From: the human T2T-CHM13v2.0 reference genome, Homo sapiens
Assembly (NCBI RefSeq): GCF_009914755.1
Contig: NC_060937.1
Length of the DNA: 64,000 nt
Reading direction: 5' to 3' (one strand)
Shown here: positions 1-13,660 of the stretch, in pieces
How positions within the stretch are numbered: the first letter of the stretch is position 1
Layout: the number at the start of each line of letters is the position of its first letter
Notes under the pieces: generated by a model
Seen by the model: the letters and a program-made list of their open reading frames with translations, nothing else
The model's database searches: none
What the model was told of the DNA's origin: nothing
Translations under genes and position numbers: made by a program

Positions 1-29
1 TTAACTGAAAAAATTGATATTTGATAAAT

Positions 30-1110
30 ATTCATTGTCTCTGAGGGTCTGGTACTGCTCTAAGTGCTGGGGATGCAGTAATCACCATGACACACAAAGT
101 TCTTGTCTTTCTAATGCTGACCTTCTAGTGGAAGGAGAAAGATGTTAATACAATAAAAAGGTAGGATTTATGGCACGTCAGGTTGTCATAAATACGAGGA
201 AAAATAATCAGGGAAGGAGTATAAAGAGAATATTTAGTCTGTGGTTTTAGACTTTGGAGTCATCAACACATACATGGAATGTCAAGCTATCAGATTTTGA
301 GATCATCAAGAGAGTGAGTGTAGATCATGAAGTGAGAGAGGTCTTCATTTTGAACTATTATTTAGCTGTCAGGGAGATCAGGAGGAAACACCCAAAGAGA
401 CTGAGAAGGAGGACGATCAGGAGAGCATACTCTTCTGATTGCCAGGTGTTAACAAAGGCTGGGGACAAGAGGAGGGAGATATCACCAAATCAAAACTCTT
501 CCTTGGTCCAGCAAGACGCAGCCTGAGCTGGGATTTAAGGATTCAGTAACACGGAAGTCACTGGTCCCCTTCACAACTTAGGTGGTGGTGGGTGAGGGAG
601 TATCATAGAGCCTGACTTGTTCCCGAGAAAACAAGAAGAAACAAGCAATTGGAAGGCAGTAGAGACATCACATTTAAGGATTTTCCCCGTTAAGCAAAGA
701 TGAAAATGCACCAATAACTGGCAATGGAAGGGTAGGTTCAGATGAGGCAGTGTTGAGAGCTTTGCTTATTTTAAATTACTTTTTTTAAAATAAAAGAAAT
801 AACAACTTGTTGGTATGCCAATGGGAAAGATTCAACAGAGAAAAAAAATAAATGATGCAACAGAGGGACCAGCAAATCACTGGAGACCAAGACCACAATG
901 GTTCAAAACCACTATGGAGATGAAGGAGTTGGGCCTCGCTGGAAGCACCAGGAATCATCCATAGAAACAGCAGAGCAGCCGAGGAAACAGACAGAGCCAG
1001 GTGGGTGTGTATACTGGTAGGAGCCTGTAGGAGACCTCTCCTGGCTCTTTCTATTTTCTTAGTGAAATAGGGCTGCAGCTGAGAGTGATAATGAGTGTCT
1101 GAAGTTGGAG
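30..1110 (-). mobile_element. Degraded L2 LINE fragments
   Basis: ggtactgctctaagtgctggggatgcag...ccttctagtggaaggag resembles the reverse complement of the L2 3' end; purine-rich L2-like sequence follows. Boundaries approximate. Confidence 0.6.
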
Positions 1111-1861
1111 GGCAAGAGAAGATCTAAATAATCATATATGATTAGTGTTTAATGATTGTTGGGCATTATTTACAGCAAAGTTTCTTAGGTGGGGTACATG
1201 GATTTAATAGTGTGTAGATGGCCTTTAGACTATCCATAGATTCCCTGCAAAATGTATAGGTGGATATTCTCCAAATATGCATTTCTCTGGAAAGGAGTTC
1301 ATAGCTCTGCTCAAATTATCTAATGGGTTTATGACCCAGACAAAATTTTGTAAAAGAAAAAAATATATATACATATATATATTTACAATCAACCTACTGA
1401 TGAAAGATTGCAGCCAGAACCAAGAATCAGAAATACTTCTATACTTCTGCTCGATGCCTGGCTGTTGTGATGGGAAAGCTGACAATCACCTTGCCTTGGA
1501 TGCTGGTTTCCTTATGTGGAGCAAGAAAAGTAATTATGGCTGAAGCCCAAGTGCTATGGTCCAGCTATGGAATCATATTCAAAGGGAGTCGTCAGAAGGA
1601 GACAGTGCCCTAGGTTGCTATCAAGAGGAGACAACTCCAACATGGGCCATAGAAATTTAGGTCCAAGTGAAAAGTCTGAAGGATCAGCTGAAAGCCACAA
1701 GCTTAGCTCTGCTGCTCCCTGCCAAACCCCATCCCTCCATTATCCCTGGCCCTCTAACCTCCGCTTGCCTTTGAGAATGATTTGCAATGGTGAAACCATA
1801 TTCAAACCACAGATATTCAGGACAATTTAATTTCCTCAAAGTTATAGAATCTATTTATTAT

Positions 1862-2175
<314 letters not shown>

Positions 2176-4904
2176 TCAATTTATTTTAAATATGCAGCTG
2201 TGGAAGAGGAAAAAATAATAATAGGTTCAAAACTGAAACACATTTTCTATTTCAGATTATGTAGTATTGAATGACCCATTAGAGTAATCAAATTAAGAAA
2301 TTCTTTGGTATTTTTTTAATTTTTTGTGTTATTTAATTTAATAAATTTTACACTCCCAAAAGACAAGGTACAAACAGAGAAGTTATTTTATGTAGAATAC
2401 TGATCATAGAGTTTGGACTAAAAATCTAAATTGTGATGAAGTTAAATTGTGTCACATATAAACTAATCATTTGAGAAACTTAATCTTAGATTTTTCATGA
2501 AATTCAAAAAAAAAGGCAACTTAATGTTTCAATTAATAGCTCTTTTTGGTTAAAGGTAAACAAAAAAATCCTCTAAGCTGATCTTTCTTTGACACTGATA
2601 CATATCTTCCTAACTTTTACTTCAAAGCCAAAGGGGGAAAAAAAAGCCGTTTTGCCTGATTTTTGCCTTTGGTATTATTAAAACAAGAGGAAGAAAGCCT
2701 GTCCCAGGCTGAGATGTTATTTACCAAGTTAAAGGATAAAGCCAACTGTCATGTCCAAGTTATAAAGTCCTTATGAAAACACCAACTTATAATGGAAATT
2801 TTGACCCACTTAAGCTCTGGTAAGGCAATGTGATTCAAGAATAATAATAATGATAATAAATCTGGTTTTCCTATATTCAAACTCATACCACATTCTTGGT
2901 GTGAGGAAAATCAATTTATATTTCCAGGGAGGAATTCCAAAGTAGAATTGGGTATTTATCATGACTGAAATGAACTGAAAACCTCTTCTCATTTTATTTT
3001 AGAGATTTTCTACATGTTTACATTTGTTATTTTTAAAGTTAATAATTTAATGAAAAATATTTTCTGTTAAAATTGACCTTTCCACTTATTCCTAAAGAAA
3101 GTTACCACCATTTTAATTAAATTAGGTATGACTGAAATTCATTTTATTAAATATTCCACTTAGAAAAAAAAAACTCTTTCATAGCAAAGTATGCACTTGC
3201 TTTAGTCTTGGCATTTTTCTCTTTAGCTGCCGTCATCCGATTGAAGCATTTGCTTTGAAATGCCTGCCAAATATTTTTGCCCAATACCACAATAACAATG
3301 TAGCAATGTATGAGTGATTTATCCTAGTCAGTTTACAACTGCCCGGCCAGGGTGGACTACTCTGGAGTTCAAATAGAAGGTCTGCTTTTCTCTCTTAAAT
3401 GGCAAGTAGACTCTAACAGCGTGTTTGTGTGCCAGGTCTGACAAGATGTGCCCTATGCAGGTGTAAACACTGTCAAGTAATTAATTGGTGGTTTTAACTG
3501 AAAAAAAATAAAAGATGAGAGCACAAATATTTATGCACGTGTCCATCCATGACTGCATAGATATGTACAACTGCGTATACACATATGTATATTAATTACT
3601 TTTTCACTGATTCCAATTAAGAGTTTTATTATGGACAATTAAAAAATTAAGTGAAAACATCATTTCTTTGCTTAAGTATTTAAAAAACCTATTTTTATTC
3701 ATACCATTAATTAGTGCAAGCATGCCTTCTTTGCATTACCTATTCGACTTTACTCAAAACAACCAGAATGAATGTATTTTCAAATTTGTCTCTAGTTTTA
3801 CTTCTGCGTGTGGCTTTTGAAAAGATCCACAACAAGGAAAAAATGCTTGTACGCTGCAGTTCCAAAGGCTGAATGCTTATTTAGAAAGGTCGCTGTATCC
3901 AAAGGACAGATTGCCAGTTCTTTTGAATTTTCCTTACTTGCCCCTTCTATGGAAACAGAAAGAAACACGAATCATCAGCTGGGAGGCAATAGGTAGAGAC
4001 CACCCAGGGCAGAGCTCATTTAGCGTCTAGTGACCTTCTGTTAGACACACAGCAAAGCACGGAGGAAAAAATCCAGACGCAATCCCCACAGAGTCCTGAA
4101 GTATTCTCTACTTCATCTTGCTCTTTCAAGGCTTCAAAGACGCAGAAGCGGCTGATTATTTTAAAAACAAAGCAAGACCAAACTGAGCCTGACCCTGCAG
4201 AGAGCTTCAGCCAGTGTTCTCTGACCTCCTTCCTCCCACATCACTTGCCCTATTCTGGAGAACTATGATCTGTTTTCTTTTCTTAAAGAGCTGTCAAGGA
4301 AGTGGTCTCGTGAAATATTCAGTCACTAATGGTGGACTCTTGACAAATAAAAACATAGCTCTATACCCAAGTACTAGGCCTGGTGAAGCAAATTCTTCTG
4401 CTGTGTGCAATGAATTTTACATGATGCAGCTCTGGGATAATGACTTGGACATCAGCAAAGACCCTTCCTGGATTAAACTGAGATCCAGCAAGACAAATGG
4501 ACAAGGTGCTATGCCTGGAACTACTAGGGCAACATAAGTTTGGTTAAGAAGTTTGGTAGTGACATTAACTGCAATAGGAAATTAGGTGATTTCAAACACA
4601 CTTCACATTTTTCAGAATGTTTTGTGGGAATTTTTTAAAATTTAATTTTGTCTGTATGCATGTTTGTGCTGGTATCAGTAGTTCATTTTTTTTTTTTTTT
4701 TCAATTTACTACATAGCTTAATCAGTGGACCTCCTTGGAAAGGAACTGGTTTAGAGTTTGGGTAAAGAACATGATTATTCTAGGTGCAGGGTGGGGCGAG
4801 TTGGCAGGATGGTGGCAAATAGACAACCAAATGGATAAAAAGCAAAACTGTGGGTGAGACTTGGTGATAGTACAGATAAACAGGTTTAAGGTAGACAGTC
4901 ATTT

Positions 4905-5045
4905 CTTGGGTCAACAATATTTATTGAGTACTTTGCATTGGTTAGATACTGAAGTAAACTCTGAGAATTCAAAAGATAAATAAAGCAGAGCCCCTATCTT
5001 CAGTGAGCTTAGAGTGTAATGGAGAAGACAAGCCTACAAACCAGA
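4905..5045 (-). mobile_element. L2 3'-end fragment
   Basis: tcaacaatatttattgagtac...gagcttagagtgtaatggagaagac resembles the antisense L2 tail. Confidence 0.55.
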
Positions 5046-5764
5046 TTTTTATCTTTAATGCAACTAACACATTCCATTTATTACCAGGCTGGCAATTAGT
5101 AGATAATCAAGAAATGTTTTTGAATAAATGAATCAGTTTTCTAGCACAGGGCGTTCTTTAGTAGGTAACTAATAAATGTATGTTCCCTAAATAGTTCAAT
5201 ATTTGTTTTGCAATATTTTTCATGTGTGTGTTTTTAAAATGTTTTTGTTACTTTTTTTCTCCCCCAAAAGTCAGTAAGTTCACTGAGGCCAGACACCATG
5301 TTTAATATTTCTTGTCTGGGGCTTAGTACAGTGACTGAGGTCTGGCAGTGAGGATTACATCCTGGGAAGGAGAAGATTTCTTTAGGTTTCATTTTCTGTC
5401 TTTAAAAGTCATGTGCATTTTACTTATATGACTATTTGAATATTAAAGTAACTTATTGACATTAAAATGTTTAATGATTCACACATGGTTGTCTTAAAGT
5501 CCTTTGATTTCAGAAATCAGGCTGAATTGAAGTATACTAACAGCATATATCAGACTCAGCTCTGGGTAATTCCTCATCTTTAATCTGCTGTCACAGTATT
5601 TTAAGAATCCAAATATATGTCTTCAGACTTCAACAGAGTATGCTGCCTCATGGGCTCCTCAAAATTCTAAGGTATCACCACATATCCCCAGGCATACACC
5701 TAGAGTGAGACATGGTGCCTTAGACCTGTGGCATTATATAGTAATCAATCAAGAGTGATGCATC

Positions 5765-6175
5765 TGTGCTAGTCATTCACCTGTCTGCTCTCAGATTCGA
5801 CCCCATTTTCCTCTTTGCTCTGCTCTGTATTCAGGGTGTTTCACTCTACAAACACTTTGTCAACTGATATTCATCTGGGTTTCTGAAATGGAAACCCTGG
5901 TATGAAACCGTAGGTTTCAAAGGAGAGAGAGATTCCAGGGGATTGGCCTTGTCTCTGTTGTCCATTCTCCAGCAGTGGTTGTGATTCCTTCGGAGTCCCA
6001 CCTCCTGCCAGGAAGCCCCGGCTCCTGGACTCTGGTAACAGCACCTTCTTCCCATTTTTCCTCCAGTCCTTGAATGAGTGGTAGCTTCCTGTAGCCCTTC
6101 TTAGCCCTCGTGGCTTTTCCAATAGTTTTATCACGAGTTCCTCATATTAAATTCCCTCTGTTGAAATACCAGGCA
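5765..6175. mobile_element. Old ERVL-class LTR (LTR33-like)
   Basis: cacctgtctgctctcagattc...ctctgctctgt start and attaaattccctctgttgaaatacc end resemble LTR33-family sequence; recalled similarity only. Confidence 0.45.
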
Positions 6176-6223
6176 TTCACACAGCAAGTTATTTATCCAG
6201 AGTTTATTCCTTTTACATGAAAA

Positions 6224-6780
6224 ACATAAATGAAGTAAAACATTTGCATTATTTTAGATTTATTTGGCAGCAAAGGAAAGGAAAGATAACCTTTCAGGTT
6301 AGCACATAAACGATTACGTACTAGAATAGAATAATGCTAACCTGAAAGGTTATCTTTCTTTTCCTTTGCTGCCAAATAAATCTAAAATGATGATGATTCT
6401 TATATGTAATCGTTTATTACATATTAGCAATAATTATTATTGCAATTACAAATATGTAATAAACGATTACATACTGGAATAGTGCTAACCCAAAAGACTA
6501 TCTTTCCTTTCCTGCCTTTCTTTTATTCTCTGCCAAATAAATCTAAAATGATGCAAACGTTTTACTTAATTTATGTATAATATTTGCATCATTTTAGATT
6601 TATTAGTAATTATTAGTAATAATAGTAATAATAATTAGTAATATAATTATTAGCAAACTTATTGCATATAATTATTAGAAATAATTATTGCATATAATTG
6701 TTATATTGCATAAAATAATCATTGCATATAATTATCAGCAATAATTTATTGTGCATAAAAATTATAAATAATTAACTCAT
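6224..6780. repeat. Nested inverted-repeat cluster followed by AT-rich quasi-palindromic low-complexity sequence
   Basis: Inverted arms 6247-6304/6335-6392 (58 bp, 2 mismatches), 6403-6425/6451-6473 (23 bp, perfect), 6536-6557/6583-6604 (22 bp, perfect) and 6224-6270/6530-6576 (47 bp, 3 mismatches); then repeated ttattgcatataatt units. Confidence 0.92.
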
Positions 6781-8342
6781 TTTTAGAAAAAAGATTCAAT
6801 GTTAAACAATTACAGCAAAAAATAACCAGTAAGGATGATAGAGAATCAGAAAAATATTACATGCCAACTTCATGTTATTGCTATGTACAGAACATAATTC
6901 CCAGTAACTGCCAAACACACACTCTTTTCCAGTGCCAACAAGCTATTTACCAAGGTGGACCATATGCAGGGATATAATAAGGTCTCAATAACTTTTAAGA
7001 GACTGAAACTTTACAGAGAACATTCTGGAGGCTAGAAGTCTAAAATCAAGGTGCCAGCTGAGTTGGTGTCTGGTAAGAATTAGATGGGAACTCAATAGAT
7101 CTAAGATACTACAAAATCTCCAAATATTTGGAAATTAAATAACATATTTCTAAGTAACTCGTTGAAAAATGAGCCCATAGATAAATTTTATATATTTCAA
7201 ACTGATTAATAATGAAATCACAATATATCACAATTGGTGGGATGCAGCCAAAGCAATAGGAAAATTTATGTATTTAAGTGCCTATATATGAAAAGATTAA
7301 ACGTTTTAAAATCAATGAAATTCAAGTTTGTAGCTTAAGAAGCTAAATAAAATAAATAAATAAATATAAGGAGCATAATAAGAAATGATAACAATCAGAG
7401 TAGATATTGATGAAGTAAAAGATACAAAGAAGAAAAAATCCAGAAGTTGCATCTTGTTAAAGATCAACTAAATGTATAAATCCCTAACAAGGTTAATTTT
7501 CTTAAAAAGGGAGAAAATGCACAACTTCTACATATCAGAAAAGAAAATGGAGAGTCTACAATTGAAATAATACAAATAGAATAGTATTATAATTTTATGT
7601 CAATAAAGTTAGTAACTTGGGCTGAAAAAACCACAATTTTTAAGGAAGACAAAACTTATCACAACTGATTCGAAAAGAAACAGAAGATCTGAACAGCCTT
7701 CTATTAAAAAATTAAATTCCTACTTAAAAATGTCCTGCAAAGAATACTTCAAATCCATATGATTTCACTGGTGAATTTTGAAAAATTAAGGAACAAATAA
7801 TACCGATCTTACGCAAACTCACTACCATGATACAAAAACCAGAATACGACATTAAAAATATTAAGAACAGCTTGCCTTATGACCGTAGAATCAAAAATCT
7901 GTAACAGAATATTAGCATATCTTATCCAGGATTACATAAAATGTTTATCATCAGATCCAGACCAAGTAGAGTTGTTCTAGAAATTCAAGGTTGGTTCAAT
8001 ATTGAATATCAATCATAGAATCAAATCAATAGATGCAGAAGCATCGTTAGAGGAACTTAAACTCTCATTTATCTTAAAAACTTTTCAGCGAACAAGGAAT
8101 CACAGGAAACATCTTAAAACTGCTAGAAAGCATCTATGAAAACCTTGCAAACATCATACATAATGATGAAAAACGAAATTGAGGAGACCAAGTTGAGGAG
8201 AAAAGCTAAGATTTCACTTCCAATCCTTACTAGGGCAACAAAATAAGAAAAGAAATGAAATGTGTAGGGGTAAGGAAGAAGACAAATGGACCAGTCTGCA
8301 AAAGACATAGTTATCAAAATAGAAAAGCCTAAGTAAGAAATA

Positions 8343-8345
<3 letters not shown>

Positions 8346-8385
<40 letters not shown>
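8346..8385 (+). repeat. Pure poly(A)40 tract
   Basis: Uninterrupted A run inside the old L1. Confidence 0.95.
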
Positions 8386-8387
<2 letters not shown>

Positions 8388-8685
8388 TACCAGAATTAAT
8401 AAGTGAATTAGGTATGGACATAAGAAACAAGACCAATTAAAAATTTAGTTAATTTTGTGTATAATATCAACAAAAATTTAAGAAATACAGTTTTTAAATG
8501 TCATTTTAAAAACATGAAGTACTTCATAATGCTGAAGACCTAAAGTAGCCAAGATTATTTTGAAAAGTAAGACAAAGTTTGATGATCTAAACTACCTGAT
8601 TTGAAAACTTAATATAAAACTACTGAAATGAAGACTATGGAACTGGCATAAAGTTAACCACAAGATCAATGGAACAAAATGGAGC

Positions 8686-9035
8686 CATGCTGTTGGATAT
8701 AGTGACACAGTAGCCACTAAGTCCCATGTGGCTATTCATCCCTTGCCATGCAGCTGATTTTAATTGAGATTTGCTGTAGCAGCTGGTAAAAATACACGTC
8801 AGATTTTGAAGATTGTATAAAAAATGTAAACTGTCTCATTGACAAAACTATCAGTTGTGTTTATATTGACTGCATGATGAAATGATAATATTTTGAATAT
8901 ATTAGGCAAATAAAACATTTCATTAAAAGTAATGTTACCTGTATCTTTTTATGTTTTTAATGTGGCTACTAGAAAATGTAAAATTACATGTGCGACTAAC
9001 ATTCTGCCTCATCTGTTAATTCTACTGTACAGTGG
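8686..9035 (-). mobile_element. MER33-like hAT-Charlie DNA transposon relic
   Basis: gtagccactaagtcccatgtggctatt and aatgtggctactagaaaatgtaaaattacatgtg match MER33 in reverse orientation. Confidence 0.75.
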
Positions 9036-9380
9036 TGAAACAGGGAGTTGAAACTATGATTAATTGATTTTTTAAAATGTCACCAACATAATACTTCTGG
9101 GAAAAGATTGAATTTTCAATAAATGGTGTGGAGCAACTGGGTATCTGTGGTTCCACACAATTTTAAAAAGACTCTTGACCTCCACTTCAAGCCATATTTT
9201 AAACTTAATTTGAAATGAATAAGAGAGCTAAAATTTACACTTGAAACTATAATACTTCTAGAAAAAAAAATAGGAAAAAGCTTTGTAACCTTAGTGTAGT
9301 AAAAACTACCAGAAAATCACTAATCACAAAAGAAAAAAAATGCTAACTTAGACTTCATCAAAGTTAAAATCTGTTTTTCG

Positions 9381-9853
<473 letters not shown>

Positions 9854-12082
9854 TCACCAGAGAAAATGTAGGAATGGCTAGGAAGGACCTGATGCTCAAC
9901 ATTACCAGCCTTCAGGGAAATGTAAATTAAACCACAATGAGATAATTGCATACTAGAATGGCTGAAATTAAAGTGACCAACAACATCACATATTGGTGAC
10001 GACGTGAAGCTACTAGAATTCTCTTACATTTCACATTGGTGAAAATGAAGGGTGTAAAATGGTACAACCCGTTTGTAAACCAGTTGGGTAGTTTCTTACA
10101 ACTCTGCAATTTCACTCCTTATATTTTACCCAAGGGAAAAGTAGTCCACAAAAGAACTGTGCAGGAATGTTTACAGCAGCGTCGTTTATAATAGGCAAAC
10201 ATGGGGAGCAATGCATACATTTATTAAAAGATGAATGGATCAACATCAATTTGCCCATGCTACATTCACAAAGGAAAATCATTTGGGACAAAACAGTAAC
10301 GTAAGCAATGTATTACCGATATGCATAACAATATAGAGGAATCTCAAGAACATTATGCTGAGTAAAGAGCAGAGGCAAGATACAAGAGAACATTCTGTGT
10401 AATTCTGCTTATGTGAAATTTTCTAGACCGCAAAACTAACTTACAGTTAGAGAAATCAGATAGTGTTTGCCTATGCAAGAGGCGTTGATTACAAAAGGTC
10501 ACAGGGGCTTTGGGGTGATGTGACTTTTTTATATCTTGTTTGATATCTTGTTTGAGGTTGTAGTTATAAGGTGGCATCGATTTCCAAAACTTATTTCACT
10601 ATACACTCAAAATAGGTGCATTTTATTGAATATAAATGACTTTTCAATAAAGTTAATTGTGTGTGTGTGTATATATATAAAACAGATTAAAAGCAGATAC
10701 TTTTTATTCATTGTGCACCTTTGTCAATGAGGAAAAGTAGAATTAAAATCCTCAGGAAGGCATTCTCAGACATACCCTGGCTCTCTCATTAATGATTATG
10801 AGTTACAATGATTAGAAGTATAACTAAAATGTTGTTAGATTCACTTTTTCTAGGATTTGATGTATTTTCTTTTATGATTTGAAGAAAAATATGTTTGTCT
10901 TTTAAAATCATCTATCTTGTGAATCCTAAACTTTTTGCAAATAGTTTATTTCCTGTAAGTTTAAAGAGCCAAAGAAAACACCTAGAGTCAGGTGAAGGGG
11001 GCACAGCTTTGTAGCTGTTTTTATTTGGGTGTAGGTTATTAAAGATACGTGGCAGAAAGAAGATTTCTTCTTCCTCAGCAAGGCAATGCTTCTTCTTCCA
11101 AAAGCATGGGTCCCTTTTCAAAAATAACACTTTTCTCCAGGGAAAAATTTGCACATTTAAAACAGCTCAGTAGCTCAGTAGCATCTTTGTGTTTCCTTGG
11201 TGTTGACTCATCTCCTGGTTTGTTTTGTGTTGTTTGTCTTGGTTTCTGATCTAAGACGATCTGACGTGTGCTTTGGTTTACCCAGTTGGAGTGCTGCATA
11301 CGAAAAAGCATGAGGCATGGGGAACGTAATTTGGATTTCTTTTGAGATGTGCTTTATTTTATGAAGCGAAATTGGAGAGGACACACTGGAAACCCCAACC
11401 TGTACAGAGAGTGTATGACAAGAACCGAGACATAGCGGCAGAGCTTGTGGGGTGCCCATCTCTAACTCTCTCTGACATGGGCGCCTTTTGGAGGTGGTGC
11501 TCTGCAGCCAAAGCACTATCTTGATCCTACCTATGTTATCTTGTGTCTGTGGCATGAAACATGTCATAATTTTGCAGACTTTTCTCCTAGTCTGTTTCCT
11601 TTCATCACCTCCTGACACCTGTGAAATCAGTCTGCCCAGCTCTTAGAACAATATATTTTTTTATTTTTTTACTACTAGCTGGAATTTTCTACTTGGCTCT
11701 GGAGACCTGGTATTATTGTGTTTTCTTTGTCATCCATGAAACTCTTTAAATCTTGCTTCTCTTAACATGGATGCAAGTGGGAAGAGACGGCAAACATGAG
11801 AAGAGAGACAATTTGTCAGCAAATGTTCTCTGACAGCAGTCACACGCACATTTTGAAAAGCCTGGAATCCTTAGGGCTTTGTGTGAGGATCCTTGTATCT
11901 CCATTCCACACCAAGGGTGATGGTATTGGGCTTTAGTCTTAATTTTAGTCTCTCTGTTGGGTAAGCAAGCATAAATCTTCCTTAGCCCTAAATCATAATT
12001 TTGAATATAATATCAGTGAATGTCTGGCAGGTGGTGGCGGCCTGCCCAGTCACTAGCTTGAACTTGACACACAGCAAGTTGA

Positions 12083-12473
12083 GACAAAACAGTAATAGAA
12101 GTAATGTATTACCGATATGCATAACAATATAGAGGAACCTCAAGAACATTATGCTGAGTGAAAAAGAAGAGGCAAGATACAATAGAACATTCTGCATATT
12201 TCTGCTTATGTGAAATTTTCTAGACTGCAAAACTAACTTACAGTTAGAGAAATCAGTGTTTGCCTATGCGAGAGGCGTTGATTACAAAGGGTCACAGGGG
12301 CTTTGGGGTGATGTGACTTTTTTATATCTTGTTTGATATCTTGTTTGAGGTTGTAGTTATAAGGTTGCATCAATTTCCAAAACTTATTTCACTATACACT
12401 CAAAATAGGTGCATTTTATTGAATATAAATGACTTTTCAATAAAGTTAATTTTGTGTGTGTGTGTGTGTGTGT
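12083..12473 (+). repeat. Second copy of 10287-10670 (L1M 3' UTR plus TG microsatellite)
   Basis: Direct repeat, roughly 95% identical by eye, including the shared atatcttgtttg micro-duplication and the terminal (TG)n. Confidence 0.95.
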
Positions 12474-12569
12474 GGCAGGGAGGAGGCTTCTTGTGGGAAT
12501 TCTTGCACAAGGAGTCTTGCAATTCTGTATCACTTGCTGTTAGCCAAGTGCCCAGCTCTAGGCACCACA

Positions 12570-12740
12570 CATGTTCCCATACATTGAGTCACATAGCCCA
12601 GTTACTGCATGGTTTTCTTCTATGGGGAGTGAGTGACAGGGTGGTGCAGCAACCCCACTAAGGGTGCATGGCCAACAACAGGTGAAGCAGGGAATTAGAC
12701 CCAGCTCCAGCATCTGCGTCTGTGACAACTGCACCACACC
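12570..12740 (-). mobile_element. MIR fragment
   Basis: ccactaagggtgcatggcc...aggtgaagcagggaattagacccag resembles the MIR core. Confidence 0.45.
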
Positions 12741-12914
12741 TGTCACCTCACATCCATGGCAGGTGAACTTCATATCAATTATTTAGTTTGAATTGAAAAA
12801 CCATGTCATTATTTTAGGTCAAACTTAAAGCAGCTGTAGCCATCTACAACAAAACTTCATAGCAAGTAGACAAAACTCTAAAGAGCTGGCATATGTTTCA
12901 CACAGAGTGTACAG

Positions 12915-13005
12915 AAGTGTTAAGTGAGATAATTCATGAAAAGCACTTAGAATAGCTTGGTATATGGCAAGCATTCAATAAATATGAGCTAATATTAATG
13001 CTAAT
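12915..13005 (+). mobile_element. MIR 3' end
   Basis: tgagataattcatgaaaagcacttagaatagcttgg...cattcaataaatatgagc. Confidence 0.65.
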
Positions 13006-13479
13006 AACAGGAAACACAAGTCAAAACTGGTCATAGGGTTACTTCCTAGGGTGGTGGGGGGCCAGTGTCTGATCGCAGATGAGCAAACAATTTAGATATC
13101 AGTGATTTCAGATTTAAATCTAGAAGTGATCAATATCAGAATATATAATCAGGAGGTCAGGAAATAAGAGCAGGGTAATCTTTCCCGGTAGCTGAAATCG
13201 TTAAGACATAAAGTGTGGGCACTGACATTTTACACTCTTGTTTTCAGTCCTGTAGCCTAGAGAAGCAGAGTTAGTCTACAGAAGGAGAAAGAATGAAACA
13301 GATGTGTTGAGAGAAGCAGCCAGGAGGGCAATCCCCAGTTCTGATTGAGATCCAGGGTCCAGTTCATCTCTGAGACTTGGCTATGCCTTTTTCCTTCTGG
13401 TTTTTGGAAGCCTAGCATCTTTTCAATGTACAACAGAGGCCTCTCTGACTGCCCAAGGCAATTTTAACATCTATTTAGC

Positions 13480-13660
13480 CTGCTTTATCTTTCTTCTAGA
13501 ATGTACCTATCTTTTACTGATATTAGACTATACTGTTCACTGTCTGAATGACCCATAAAAGGACAGAGACTTGGCCCCCTTCTCTATCCCCAGAATCTAG
13601 CACAGTGCCAGATTCAAACACAGTGCTTCCTGATAAAATCAATGGTATGAATGAAATAAT
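13480..13660 (+). mobile_element. L2 3' end
   Basis: tatccccagaatctagcacagtgccag followed by a tgaatga-like tail. Confidence 0.55.

Noticed and set aside
11049-11618. Overlapping ORFs on both strands in unique DNA (up to 136 aa)
   Set aside because: No recognisable domain, several use non-ATG starts, and the lengths are compatible with chance.
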